NCBI GenBank assembly: GCA_963834385.1 | Contig: CAWIBO010000003.1 | Coordinates: 192,001 to 256,000 of the forward strand | Direction of reading: 5' to 3' | DNA from: an uncultured Verrucomicrobiae bacterium | GTDB lineage: Bacteria; Verrucomicrobiota; Verrucomicrobiia; Chthoniobacterales; UBA10450 | Length of the DNA stretch: 64,000 nt | Part shown: positions 40,873-50,538 of the stretch, in pieces | Layout of the letters: each line of letters starts with the position of its first letter | Numbering within the stretch: the stretch's first letter is position 1 | Position numbers and translations under genes: made by a program | The notes under the pieces: model-generated | Told to the model about the DNA's origin: nothing | The model's input: only the letters and a program-made list of their open reading frames with translations | Database searches by the model: none

Positions 40873-41793
40873 GTGCCCGACCCTTACACGCTGGAAGATC
40901 TTCGCCGCTGGAAACCGGACCGGGCCGGGGAGAAACCGGTTCGCCTGGGCGTCATCGGCCGGCCGGTGGCGCACTCGCTGTCGCCCCGCATGCAAAACGC
41001 CGCCTTGGAAGAGGCCGGTTTGCCGGCGCGTTATGCCGCCTTCGACCTGGGCGAGGAAGAACTCGAGGAGGGGCTCGCTCTTTTTCGGAAACACGAATTT
41101 ATCGGGCTGAACGTGACCGTGCCGCACAAGGTCGCGGTCGTGCCGTTGCTGGACGAGGTGGCGGAGAGCGCCCGGCAGATCGGCGCGGTCAACACCATCG
41201 TCTTCGCCGGGGAGAAGGCCACCGGGCACAACACCGATGGCAGTGGCTTTGAACGCGCGGTGCGCCGCGAGTTCGCCGTCGATCTGCGTGATCTGCGCGT
41301 CCTCCTGCTCGGGGCGGGCGGGGCTGCGCGCGCCTTTGCCTGGCAATGCGCCCGGGCCGGTTGCGAGCGGCTGGTCATTGCCAATCGGACACGCGAAAAG
41401 GCGGCCGCGCTGACCGCGGAGCTGGGCGCTTTTTTTCAGGGGCAGCGTTTGCTCGGACCGGTGGCGCGCCTGGAAGCGATCGGGCTGGAGGAGCGCGCGC
41501 TGCGATTGCAACTCGAGCACGTTGACCTTGTGGTGAACGCCACGCCGCTCGGACTGCACCGGAGCGATCCGTCGCCGCTCCCGGCTTCGTTGCTCGCGCC
41601 GAGTTTGCTCATTCTGGACACCACCTATGGATCGTTCCCGAACGCGCTTCAGCGCGCCGCGGCCGAGGTGGGAGCGCGCGCGGTCAATGGTCTTTCGCTT
41701 CTCCTGGAACAGGGCGCGGAGGCCTTTGGCCTTTGGTTCGACCGCGAGGCGCCGGTCGCGGCGATGCGGCGCGCGCTCGAGGAGAAAACCTGA
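40873..41793 (+). CDS. aroE: Shikimate dehydrogenase
   Basis: [31 protein letters not shown] and NATPLG. Confidence 0.92.
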   Translation: MPDPYTLEDLRRWKPDRAGEKPVRLGVIGRPVAHSLSPRMQNAALEEAGLPARYAAFDLGEEELEEGLALFRKHEFIGLNVTVPHKVAVVPLLDEVAESARQIGAVNTIVFAGEKATGHNTDGSGFERAVRREFAVDLRDLRVLLLGAGGAARAFAWQCARAGCERLVIANRTREKAAALTAELGAFFQGQRLLGPVARLEAIGLEERALRLQLEHVDLVVNATPLGLHRSDPSPLPASLLAPSLLILDTTYGSFPNALQRAAAEVGARAVNGLSLLLEQGAEAFGLWFDREAPVAAMRRALEEKT

Positions 41794-41803
41794 GGCGGTG
41801 AAG

Positions 41804-42619
41804 TCAGGCGCTTTCCCGCGCCATTTCCTCTCCGCGGCGGGTGGCCGCTTCGATCGCGGCGGCGAGACCCTCGCCCGCTTTCATTTTCTGCATCGCGGCC
41901 AGGCCGGCGGCGGTTGTTCCTCCCGGCGTGACCACCTGCGAGATGAGTTCCGCGAGAGGCCGGCCGCTGGCCTGCGCCAGCCGGGCCGCTCCCAGGACCG
42001 TCTGCGTGGCCAGGATGAGTGAGTCTTCCGCTTTCAAGCCGACCCGCACCCCGCCATCCGCGAGCGCTTCAATGACGCTGTAGACAAAAGCGGGGCCGCT
42101 GCCGGCCAGGGCGGTGACGGCGTCAATCTGCGCGTCCGTCACTTCCACGACCGTGCCGATGGCGCCGAACATTCTGCGGGCCAGCCCGAGGTCAGCCGCG
42201 GTGGTGCGGGCGCCCGGTGCGATGGCGGTGGCGGCCGCGCCCACCGCCGAAGGGGTGTTCGTCATGGCGCGCATGAACCGCGCGGGCGCGACGGCCTCCA
42301 TGCTCTCGAGGCGGATGCCGGCGGCCAGCGAGATGACCGTGCGGTCTGCCAGTTTCTCCCCCAGCTCGCGCAGCACGGGCAGGACCACGGAGGGTTTCAC
42401 CGCCACCAGGATGATTTCGGCCGAGGCGGCAACCTCGGCGTTGTCCGCCGTGACTCTGATGCCGGTTTCGTCGTGCAGCTTCTGCCGCGCCGGTTCATTT
42501 GGCTCGCTCGCCAGGATGTCCCCGGGGCCGCAGAAACTCGCGCCGATGAGGCCGCGCATGACCGAGCCGGCCAGTTTGCCCGCGCCGATGAAGCCGAGCC
42601 GGTGATGCGGTGTTGTCAT
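41804..42619 (-). CDS. proC: Pyrroline-5-carboxylate reductase
   Basis: GFIGAGKL, AVKP, TALAGSGPAF and VTPGGTT. Confidence 0.93.
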   Translation of the reverse strand: MTTPHHRLGFIGAGKLAGSVMRGLIGASFCGPGDILASEPNEPARQKLHDETGIRVTADNAEVAASAEIILVAVKPSVVLPVLRELGEKLADRTVISLAAGIRLESMEAVAPARFMRAMTNTPSAVGAAATAIAPGARTTAADLGLARRMFGAIGTVVEVTDAQIDAVTALAGSGPAFVYSVIEALADGGVRVGLKAEDSLILATQTVLGAARLAQASGRPLAELISQVVTPGGTTAAGLAAMQKMKAGEGLAAAIEAATRRGEEMARESA

Positions 42620-42652
42620 TGAGAAAGGGGCGGAAGACCGCGATAGTATTCA

Positions 42653-43603
42653 ATGGTTGGCGCCGGTGTAAACTTTGGTCTCGATCTTGCCCAGGAGCTG
42701 GCGGAGCTGAAACGGGAGCGCAACGCCATTGTCCTGGCGCACAACTACCAGGTGCCGGAGCTGCAGGACGCGGCCGATTACGTCGGGGATTCGCTCGGGC
42801 TCAGCTACAAGGCGCGCGAGACCGAGGCGGACGTCATTCTTTTTTGCGGGGTGCATTTCATGGCCGAGACGGCCAAGATCATCAACCCGGGCAAGCGCGT
42901 CATCCTGCCCGATCTCGACGCCGGTTGCTCGCTTTCCGAATCCTGCCCGCCGGAAAAGCTGGCGGCCTTTTTGCAGGAACACGCCGACAAAAACTATTAC
43001 GTCATCGCCTACATCAATTGCAGCGCGGGCGTGAAGGCGCTTTCCGACATCATTTGCACGAGCGGCAACGCCGAGAAGATCGTCCGGGCCGCGCCCGCGG
43101 ACCGGAACATCCTTTTCGTGCCCGACCAGAATCTGGGCGCGTGGGTCATGGAACGGACCGGGCGCAGAATGGATCTCTGGCAGGGCAACTGTTATGTGCA
43201 CGTCGAGTTCACCGCCCGCAGCATCGGCCGCATCCGCGACGAGTATCCGGGGGCGCCGGTGGTGGCCCATCCCGAATGCACCCACGCCGTCCGTCTGCTC
43301 GCCGATGAAGTTTGTTCCACGGAAAAAATGGTGAGCTTCTGCCGGGAATCGCCCGCGCAGACCATCATCGTCGTGACCGAGGCCGGCATGCTGCACCGGC
43401 TGCAAAAGGAGGTCCCCGGCAAACAGTTCATCCCGGGTCCGACCGACAATTGTTTCTGCGGGGAGTGTCGCTTCATGAAAATGAACACGCTGGAGAAGGC
43501 GGTCGATGCGCTGCGCCGGATGGAGCCGGAGATCATTTTGCCGGAGGAACTGCGCCGGCGGGCGGAGGCGCCCATCCAGCGCATGCTCGAGCTGAGCCGC
43601 TAA
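42653..43603 (+). CDS. nadA: Quinolinate synthase
   Basis: LAHNYQ, GDSL, CGVHFMAE, YINCSA, CTSGNA, AHPEC and CRFMK. Confidence 0.95.
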   Translation: MVGAGVNFGLDLAQELAELKRERNAIVLAHNYQVPELQDAADYVGDSLGLSYKARETEADVILFCGVHFMAETAKIINPGKRVILPDLDAGCSLSESCPPEKLAAFLQEHADKNYYVIAYINCSAGVKALSDIICTSGNAEKIVRAAPADRNILFVPDQNLGAWVMERTGRRMDLWQGNCYVHVEFTARSIGRIRDEYPGAPVVAHPECTHAVRLLADEVCSTEKMVSFCRESPAQTIIVVTEAGMLHRLQKEVPGKQFIPGPTDNCFCGECRFMKMNTLEKAVDALRRMEPEIILPEELRRRAEAPIQRMLELSR

Positions 43604-43699
43604 ATCAGGGGGCAGCCCGCGCAGGGACGAGGGATCGCTCACGCCGCCGGGGCGAACTCTTCGCTTGTCACCCATGGCGGCTCAATCTTCTATTCTTCG

Positions 43700-44941
43700 A
43701 TGCAGCGGCCTTCCCTTCTCATGATGCTGGTGGTGTTCCTCCTCGGCATCATCATCATCCGGGAACCGCGCTTCGCCGCGCTGGAGGAAAATTTCCTGCG
43801 CTGGCTCCTCCATAACTCCCGGGGGGGCGCCCGCAGCGTCCCGCTCACCGTGGTCGAGGTCGGGCGCGACCGGCTCCTGGAACAGAAGGATGACGACAAG
43901 GGAGCTGTCGAAGCCTTTATGCGGGGCGGCGGCACGGTCGTTTCCCCCCTGGAATACGCGCTCTTCCTGCAATCGGTCCTCGATTTTCAGCCGACCGTGA
44001 TTGCCTTCGAGAATATCTTGCGCTGGCGCGAGCGCGACAAGATGCAGGAGCAGGTCTTTCTCGACCAGGCCATGCGGGTGCCCAAGCTCCTGTTGGCGGC
44101 GGAACTGACCACCGCGCCCGACCCGGATGCGCCGGGAGGCGATGTCGTCGGGTTCACCCAGGTGCGGGGGAAACGCGGCGACTTGATGGAATACACCGGG
44201 ATCAGCCGGCAGGCCGGGGAGGATCTCCGCCTGATCTCCACCGCAGGCTTCACCAATCTGCCGGACGAAATTGCCGACGAGTTGCATGTGCCGCTGCTCT
44301 TTCGTTATCGCGGCGAGATCCTTCCTTCCTTCCCCCTGCAGGCCGTCCTGATGTGGCTGCGGGTGACACCGGCGGAGGTCAAGGTGGAGCTCGGTTCGCA
44401 CATCGAGCTGCCGGATGGAAAACGGATCCCGATCCGGCGCGACGGCACCATGACGGTCAACCCCAACGCCGCGCTCGGCGCCCGCCGGATGAGCCTGAAC
44501 GAGCTCCTGCTGGCCGCGCGGGAACGAACCCCGGCCGGCACCACCGCTTCCAATCTCGAAGCGATGCGCGAGCATATCGTGCTGGCACGGACGCCGCGCA
44601 ATCCGCTGGCCCCGCCGGATATCTTTGCCCCCGCCATCGCCACCATCCAGGCGGGCGCGTTCGTCAGCCGCGTCGGCCGGACCTTCGATTTCATCGTGAT
44701 CATCCTGACCACGGTCGCCCTGGCCTTCCTTCACCGCTTTTCGCGGCTCGATCTCTTCCTCGGGGGCTTTGCCGTGACCGCGGCCTACTGCCTGGTGGCG
44801 CTCGGAATTTTTTCCCGCTGGAACCTCTGGCTGCCCGGCCTCCTGCCGCTCGGCGCCATCTGGCTTCTGGTCTTTTTCGGCATGTTCGTGGCCCGGCCCC
44901 GCCGGAAGGAAGCGCCTGCCGCGGGCGCGCCGGCCGGCTGA
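43700..44941 (+). CDS. CHASE2-like extracellular sensor membrane protein without output domain
   Basis: N-terminal TM, GFTNL, VPLLFRY...PSFPLQ, IELPDGKRIP and three C-terminal TM helices. Confidence 0.6.
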   Translation: MQRPSLLMMLVVFLLGIIIIREPRFAALEENFLRWLLHNSRGGARSVPLTVVEVGRDRLLEQKDDDKGAVEAFMRGGGTVVSPLEYALFLQSVLDFQPTVIAFENILRWRERDKMQEQVFLDQAMRVPKLLLAAELTTAPDPDAPGGDVVGFTQVRGKRGDLMEYTGISRQAGEDLRLISTAGFTNLPDEIADELHVPLLFRYRGEILPSFPLQAVLMWLRVTPAEVKVELGSHIELPDGKRIPIRRDGTMTVNPNAALGARRMSLNELLLAARERTPAGTTASNLEAMREHIVLARTPRNPLAPPDIFAPAIATIQAGAFVSRVGRTFDFIVIILTTVALAFLHRFSRLDLFLGGFAVTAAYCLVALGIFSRWNLWLPGLLPLGAIWLLVFFGMFVARPRRKEAPAAGAPAG

Positions 44942-44970
44942 AACCTCCGGCCCGGGCCGGGATTATCCCT

Positions 44971-46347
44971 GTGAAATTCATCAACCTCACCCGCCGCACC
45001 GAGATCGGGGCGAATTGTTATTATCTCGAGGCGGCCGGGGAACGGTTTGTCCTCGACTGCGGCATGCATCCCAAGGCCCAGGGCGAGGAGGTAACGCCCA
45101 ACTTTGCCGCCCTGGGCGACCGCACCCCCGGGGCCATCATCGTTTCGCACGCACACCAGGACCACATCGGGACGCTTCCGCTCCTGATGCGCCGGTTCCC
45201 GGCGGCGCCGGTTTTCATGACCGAAGCCACGGCCGAGATCGGTGATGTCCTGCTGCACAATTCCGTCAACGTCATGACCCGGCAGCGCGAGGAACTGGGG
45301 ACGACGATGTATCCGCTCTTCACCCATCGGGAAGCGGGCAACGCCAACCAGTTGTGGCGCCGGTGCCCGTTCCGCCAGCCCTTTACCCTGGCCGGGGAAC
45401 GCGCCTCGGCCCAGGGCGAAGAGGGCGTCACTTTCGAGATGATCGATGCCGGGCACGTGCTCGGCTCGGCCGGGATTCTTCTCCGCGCTGAAGGGCGGAC
45501 CATTTTTTACACCGGCGATGTCAACTTCGACGACCAGACGCTGATGAAAGGCGCGGAGTATCCCGGGCAGGGGATCGACGTCATGATCATCGAGAACACC
45601 CGGGGCGACAACGCGCTCCCGGAGAAATGGAGCCGGCAGACCGAGGAGGAGCGCTTCATCGCGGCCATCGAAGCCGCTTTCGAACGCGGCGGCTGTGTCC
45701 TCATTCCCGTTTTTGCCCTGGGCAAGACGCAGGAGGTCCTGGCGATGTTCCACAAGTTTCGCCGGAACCGCCTCCTTCGTTCCTGCCCGATCTACATCGG
45801 CGGGCTCAGCACAAAGATGACCGAGATTTACGATCGCCGGGCCCTGACGAGCCGGCGGCATCTTCCGCGTCTCCAGCTCATGGAAGAACTCAGCCCTTTC
45901 GTGCTGAACGGCAAGACCATCGCGGAAGCGCCGGCCAAGCCGGGCCGGATTTACGCCCTCTCCAGCGGGATGATGACGCCCAAGACTCTTTCCAATATTT
46001 TCGCGCGCCAGATCCTCGAGCATCCGCAACACTCGATTTTCTTCGTCGGTTACGCCGATCCGGCCTCGCCTGCCGGCCTGATCCGCGCCGCCGGGCCGGA
46101 CGACCCCGTGTTGCTTGATCCGGATGAGAAACCGTTGCGCCTGCGCTGCGCGATCGAGCAGTTCCAGTTCAGCGCCCATGCCTCGCGCGAGTCGCTCATT
46201 GATTATGTGCGGCGGGTCCGCCCGAAAAAAATCGTGCTGGTCCATGGCGATCTCCCGGCCATCGAACGGATGCACGCGGAGTACGCCGCCCTGCTCCCGG
46301 AGTGCGAGGTCATCGTGCCTCCGCCCGGGGTCGAGCTCGAGCTGTAG
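44971..46347 (+). CDS. MBL-fold beta-CASP hydrolase (RNA-processing nuclease family)
   Basis: EIGANCY, SHAHQDHIG, AGHVLGSA, YTGD, PVFALGKTQE, FSAHA and LVHGD. Confidence 0.9.
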   Translation: MKFINLTRRTEIGANCYYLEAAGERFVLDCGMHPKAQGEEVTPNFAALGDRTPGAIIVSHAHQDHIGTLPLLMRRFPAAPVFMTEATAEIGDVLLHNSVNVMTRQREELGTTMYPLFTHREAGNANQLWRRCPFRQPFTLAGERASAQGEEGVTFEMIDAGHVLGSAGILLRAEGRTIFYTGDVNFDDQTLMKGAEYPGQGIDVMIIENTRGDNALPEKWSRQTEEERFIAAIEAAFERGGCVLIPVFALGKTQEVLAMFHKFRRNRLLRSCPIYIGGLSTKMTEIYDRRALTSRRHLPRLQLMEELSPFVLNGKTIAEAPAKPGRIYALSSGMMTPKTLSNIFARQILEHPQHSIFFVGYADPASPAGLIRAAGPDDPVLLDPDEKPLRLRCAIEQFQFSAHASRESLIDYVRRVRPKKIVLVHGDLPAIERMHAEYAALLPECEVIVPPPGVELEL

Positions 46348-47108
46348 TGAAGATCGTTTCCTGGAACATCAATTCGCTCCGGAAACGGCAGGAGCGCCTG
46401 CTGGGCTGGCTGCAGGCCACCGCGCCCGACGTGGTTTGTCTCCAGGAAACCAAATGCACGGACGCGTTGTTTCCCCAGGCGGACCTGGAGGCGGTCGGTT
46501 ACCACGCGGTTTTTCACGGTCAAAAGTCGTACAACGGCGTGGCCATCCTCGCCCGGACCCGGCCCACGGAGGTCGTGGCCGGGCTCGGGAATGCCGAGGA
46601 TGCGCAGGCGCGTCTCCTGGCCGCCACCGTGGACGGGTTGCGCATTTATTCCGTTTACGCTCCCAACGGCCAGGCGGTCGGGTCGGAGGCCTATCTTTAC
46701 AAACTCGCCTGGTATCAGCGGCTCAAGGCGCGGTTGCAGGCGGAAAAGACCGGGACCCTGGTGGTTTGCGGCGATTTCAACGTCGCGCCGGCCGATGAGG
46801 ATGTGCACGACCCGGCGCTTTGGCGCGGCGCCATCATGTGCTCCGAGGGCGAGCGGGCGGCCTTCACCGATTTGTGCGAGATTGGGCTCATCGATACCCT
46901 CCGCCTGCATCATCGCGAAGCCGGCATTTTCAGCTGGTGGGATTACCGCATGCTTGCCTTCCCGAAAAACCGGGGGCTTCGCATCGACGCCATCCTCGCC
47001 GGGAAGGAAACCGCGGCCCGTTGTCGCGCCGCCGGGGTGGAGCGCGAAATGCGCAAGGGCAGCGAGCCCTCCGATCACGCCCCGGTCTGGGCGGAATTTT
47101 CCGGATGA
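46347..47108 (+). CDS. xth: Exodeoxyribonuclease III
   Basis: SWNINS, LQETK, YNGVAI, GDFN, FSWWDYR, GLRID and SDHAP. Confidence 0.95.
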   Translation: MKIVSWNINSLRKRQERLLGWLQATAPDVVCLQETKCTDALFPQADLEAVGYHAVFHGQKSYNGVAILARTRPTEVVAGLGNAEDAQARLLAATVDGLRIYSVYAPNGQAVGSEAYLYKLAWYQRLKARLQAEKTGTLVVCGDFNVAPADEDVHDPALWRGAIMCSEGERAAFTDLCEIGLIDTLRLHHREAGIFSWWDYRMLAFPKNRGLRIDAILAGKETAARCRAAGVEREMRKGSEPSDHAPVWAEFSG

Positions 47109-48952
47109 AACCGCGCCGCAAGGTCAACCGTCCGCCGGCGCAGCCCCTCATGGTTTTCGACGGCGACTGCCATTTTTGCCGGCGTTGGATCGAACGCTGG
47201 CGTGAGATGACCGGGGGCCGGGTGGAATACCTCCCGTCGCAAAAGGTGGCCTCCCGGTTCCCCGAGATTCCGGCGGAGGAATGGGCGAACGCGGTGCAGT
47301 TGATCGAGCCGGACGGGACGGTTTACCGCGCGGCCGAGGCGGTCTTTCGGGCCTTGAGTTACGGCCGGCGCGGCGCCTGGCTTTCGGTTCTTTACGACCG
47401 GCTGCCCGGCTTCGCTCCCGTGACCGAGGCGGCGTATCGCATGGTGGCCGGGAGCCGGACGGCGGCTTCGCGGGCGACCCGCCTGCTTTGGGGGACCGAT
47501 GTGCGCCGGCCCACCTATGCGGCCGCGCGGGAACTTTTCCTCCGCGCGCTCGGCGCCATTTATTTGGTCGCTTTCGTTTCCTTCTGGGTGCAGGCCGAAG
47601 GGCTGGTCGGCAGCCGGGGCATCCTTCCCGTGGCCGACTTCCTGGAGGCGGCCCGCGCGCATTTCGGAGGGAGCGCCCCGGGTTCGCTGCCGACTCTTTT
47701 CTGGCTGGATGCGAGCGACGCCACACTCCATCTCCTTTGCGCCGCCGGGGTTGTTCTATCCCTCTGCCTTCTGGCCGGGTTTGCGCCGGTCATTTCGCTC
47801 ATCGGGCTTTTCCTCGCCTACCTTTCCCTGACCGTGGGGGGCCAGGCTTTCCTGAGTTTTCAATGGGACATCCTCCTCATCGAAACCGGGTTTTGCGCGA
47901 TCTTCCTCGCACCGGCGGGTTGGTGGCTCTCCCGGGCGCGCACCCGCCCCGTTTCCCGGGCCGGGCTTTTCCTCCTCAAGCTCCTTCTCTTCAAACTGAT
48001 GTTTATGTCGGGCGCGGTGAAGCTGACCAGCGGCGACCCGAGCTGGGCGGGGTTGAGCGCGCTGAATTACCACTATGAAACCCAGCCGCTCCCGACCGTG
48101 CTCGGCTGGTGGATGGCGCAGGGCCCGGGCTGGCTCAAGGCGGGGACCACCTTCTTTATCCTTTTTGCGGAACTGGCCGTCCCTTTCCTGATCTGGGCAC
48201 CTCGTCGTCTGCGCCTCATCGCCGCCTCCCTTCTGGCCGGCCTCCAGCTCGGCATCATGCTCACGGGAAATTTTGCCTTCTTCAATTTGCTCGCGCTCGC
48301 GCTGGGCCTTCTTCTTCTGGATGACACCATCCTCGGTCGGCGCCGTCCGCAGGCCGGCCCGCCCCCGGACGGGTTCGGGCTCTGGTGGCGCCGCGCCGGC
48401 GCCCTTGTCCTCCTGCTGACGCTGCCGTTTCATCTCGTCCTGATCGTTTCCTCTGTGCGGCCCACCCTGGAGTGGCCGCGGCCGGTCACGCGGGCGTATG
48501 CCGTTCTGGCGCCCTTTCATATCGTCAACGGTTACGGTCTTTTCCGGGTGATGACCCGGACCCGGCCGGAGATCGTGATCGAGGGGAGCGCCGACGGGAT
48601 TGACTGGAAACCGTATGAGTTCCGCTGGAAACCAGGTCCGTTGGACGGGGCGCCGCGCTGGGTGGCGCCGCATCAGCCGCGGCTCGACTGGCAGATGTGG
48701 TTTGCGGCGCTGGGGCGCTACGACATGAACCCGTGGTTTTTGCGGCTCCTGGAGCGTCTCTTTGAGAATGAGCCGTCTGTCACCGGCCTGCTGGCGAAGA
48801 ACCCGTTCCCGGGGGAGCCGCCCCGGTACCTCCGGGCGCGGCTTTTCCGTTATCACTTCACCGATCCGGCCACGCGGCGGGAAACCGGCGCGTGGTGGCG
48901 CGCGCATGAGCTGGGCGAATACATTCCGACGGTCTCCCAGCGGGGCGAGTGA
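47105..48952 (+). CDS. DCC1-like thiol-disulfide domain fused to a lipase maturation factor family protein
   Basis: N-terminal [11 protein letters not shown] motifs [27 protein letters not shown] and [15 protein letters not shown]. Confidence 0.88.
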   Translation: MKPRRKVNRPPAQPLMVFDGDCHFCRRWIERWREMTGGRVEYLPSQKVASRFPEIPAEEWANAVQLIEPDGTVYRAAEAVFRALSYGRRGAWLSVLYDRLPGFAPVTEAAYRMVAGSRTAASRATRLLWGTDVRRPTYAAARELFLRALGAIYLVAFVSFWVQAEGLVGSRGILPVADFLEAARAHFGGSAPGSLPTLFWLDASDATLHLLCAAGVVLSLCLLAGFAPVISLIGLFLAYLSLTVGGQAFLSFQWDILLIETGFCAIFLAPAGWWLSRARTRPVSRAGLFLLKLLLFKLMFMSGAVKLTSGDPSWAGLSALNYHYETQPLPTVLGWWMAQGPGWLKAGTTFFILFAELAVPFLIWAPRRLRLIAASLLAGLQLGIMLTGNFAFFNLLALALGLLLLDDTILGRRRPQAGPPPDGFGLWWRRAGALVLLLTLPFHLVLIVSSVRPTLEWPRPVTRAYAVLAPFHIVNGYGLFRVMTRTRPEIVIEGSADGIDWKPYEFRWKPGPLDGAPRWVAPHQPRLDWQMWFAALGRYDMNPWFLRLLERLFENEPSVTGLLAKNPFPGEPPRYLRARLFRYHFTDPATRRETGAWWRAHELGEYIPTVSQRGE

Positions 48953-48958
48953 TGGCGG

Positions 48959-48986
48959 TTGTCGGCCGTCGGGTTTGCGCTATACT
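48959..48986 (+). promoter_or_regulatory. Sigma70-type promoter of infA
   Basis: TTGTCG-N16-TATACT, 6 nt before the GTG. Confidence 0.5.
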
Positions 48987-48992
48987 GTGCCC

Positions 48993-49211
48993 GTGCCAAA
49001 GGAAGCAGCGATCGTGACGGAAGGAACCGTGACCCAGGTTTTGCCGGGGACCATGTTCCGCGTCGATCTGCCGGGTCAGCGCAATGTGCTGGCCCATATT
49101 TCGGGCAAAATGCGGAAGCATTTTATCCGCATTGTCCCGGGTGACCGGGTGGAAGTTGAACTTTCGCCCTACGACCTGACGAAGGCGCGAATCATCTTTC
49201 GCGCGCAGTAG
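48993..49211 (+). CDS. infA: Translation initiation factor IF-1
   Basis: [20 protein letters not shown] and [13 protein letters not shown]. Confidence 0.96.
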   Translation: MPKEAAIVTEGTVTQVLPGTMFRVDLPGQRNVLAHISGKMRKHFIRIVPGDRVEVELSPYDLTKARIIFRAQ

Positions 49212-49332
49212 TCCCCGGGAAATCGAAGAGGGACGCGCGCTCCTGCCCGGAGGCGCGTTTTACCAATGAGAAGAGCCGGTTTACTGATTGCCAATCGTGC
49301 CGGATAGTAACAAAACAAACCTGGAGAATATT

Positions 49333-49707
49333 ATGGCTGACGAACTCAAATCGACAAACAGCGGAGTGCCCGCGGAGGCGCAGAACAAGGTGGAAAGCAG
49401 CAAGACGCACGCGCGCCGCGCGGCGGAAGACGCTCGCCGCGCCGCCGAGGAACTGAAAGCGGCCGCGACCGACGTGGCCGGCGAATATCGTGGTCGGGCC
49501 GAGGCGGCCTGGACCGATGCGCGCGGACGCGCCGAACAGGCCTGGGGCGATGCCCGTGGCCGGGCCGAGCAGGCCTGGGGCGACGCCAAGTATCGTGCCC
49601 GGACCCTGCAGGAGGATGGCGAACAGTACGTGCGCGAGAACCCGATGCGCGCGGTCTTCACCGCTCTCGGCATCGGATTTGTCCTCGGACTCATTTTCCG
49701 TCGCTAG
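49333..49707 (+). CDS. ElaB/YqjD/DUF883-like tail-anchored protein with three 11-aa repeats
   Basis: C-terminal YVRENP...ALGIGFVLGLIFRR; SD GGAG; 33-bp repeats at 49489-49587. Confidence 0.85.
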   Translation: MADELKSTNSGVPAEAQNKVESSKTHARRAAEDARRAAEELKAAATDVAGEYRGRAEAAWTDARGRAEQAWGDARGRAEQAWGDAKYRARTLQEDGEQYVRENPMRAVFTALGIGFVLGLIFRR

Positions 49708-49719
49708 CCTCGCTGCCGC

Positions 49720-50151
49720 ATGGCTGGAGGACGCATGCCGTTCCGCAACCCCGCGGGGCGCGCAGGCCTGCTGAATAATGTCGTCGGGCTCGCGCACTCG
49801 CTGGCCGTCTACTTTGAAAGCCGGTTTGCCCTTTTTGCCGCCGAGTCAAAGCGGGCGCTGGTGCACCTGCTTATCCTGGTTGGCTGCCTCATCGCGGCCG
49901 CCATGCTCACGGCGTTCGGTTATGTCTTCCTCCTGGTCACGGCCATCTTCGGCCTGGCCCGGCTCCTGGAAGTTTCCTGGATCTGGATCGCGCTTGGTTC
50001 GGCCCTGGTGCATTTCACGCTCGCCGTGATCTGCGTCCTGGTGGCCCGCCAGCGCGTTCGGCATCCGCTCTTCCAATCCACCGCCCTTGAACTAAAGAAG
50101 GACCGCGAATGGCTGCAAAACCTGGATCGTCCCGAGACCTCCCCGCGCTAA
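49720..50151 (+). CDS. YqjE-like membrane protein (so-called phage holin family)
   Basis: Two TM helices and the C-terminal LFQSTALELKKDREWL motif; follows the YqjD-like gene. Confidence 0.8.
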   Translation: MAGGRMPFRNPAGRAGLLNNVVGLAHSLAVYFESRFALFAAESKRALVHLLILVGCLIAAAMLTAFGYVFLLVTAIFGLARLLEVSWIWIALGSALVHFTLAVICVLVARQRVRHPLFQSTALELKKDREWLQNLDRPETSPR

Positions 50152-50486
50152 GGGAGGAAATCGCGCTCTCGCGCGCCCGCCTCGGGCGCGACGTGGAAGG
50201 ACTGCGCTACGAGCTCGATTTTTCGCGCAAGATCAAGCGTTCCTTCCAGGAGAACACTGCCACCTGGATCGTTGCCGTCGCGGCGGTCACCGCTGCCGTC
50301 GTGTTTCTGCCCGTCCGCAAGAAGGAGGTCTACGTCGCCAGAAAAGGGGAGGAGGCAAAACGCAAGGGCATCCTGCAAGCCGGCGTCGCCATCGGTGCCC
50401 TTCGCCTCGTCGGCGTTCTCATCCGGCCCCTCGTCATCTCTTTCGTGACCCGCAAGCTCGGCAGCATGGGCGGGCGCATGCGCTAG
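50109..50486 (+). CDS. YqjK-like small protein
   Basis: EIALSRARL coiled region and TM; third gene of the YqjD-E-K-like cluster. Confidence 0.6.
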   Translation: MAAKPGSSRDLPALREEIALSRARLGRDVEGLRYELDFSRKIKRSFQENTATWIVAVAAVTAAVVFLPVRKKEVYVARKGEEAKRKGILQAGVAIGALRLVGVLIRPLVISFVTRKLGSMGGRMR

Positions 50487-50538
50487 GCCGGCCCCTTTTC
50501 GTTTTACGCCGGCGGACGGGAAGGCTAATCATTGGCCC

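Noticed and set aside
44353..44970. N-terminal extensions of the ORF-track calls for the beta-CASP, TetR, TilS, NusA and LMF genes
   Set aside because: They overlap neighbouring genes or promoters and lack homology; downstream starts were chosen.
49720..50151. Holin as evidence of a prophage
   Set aside because: Sits in a YqjD-YqjE-YqjK-like cellular cluster with no endolysin, structural or integrase genes.
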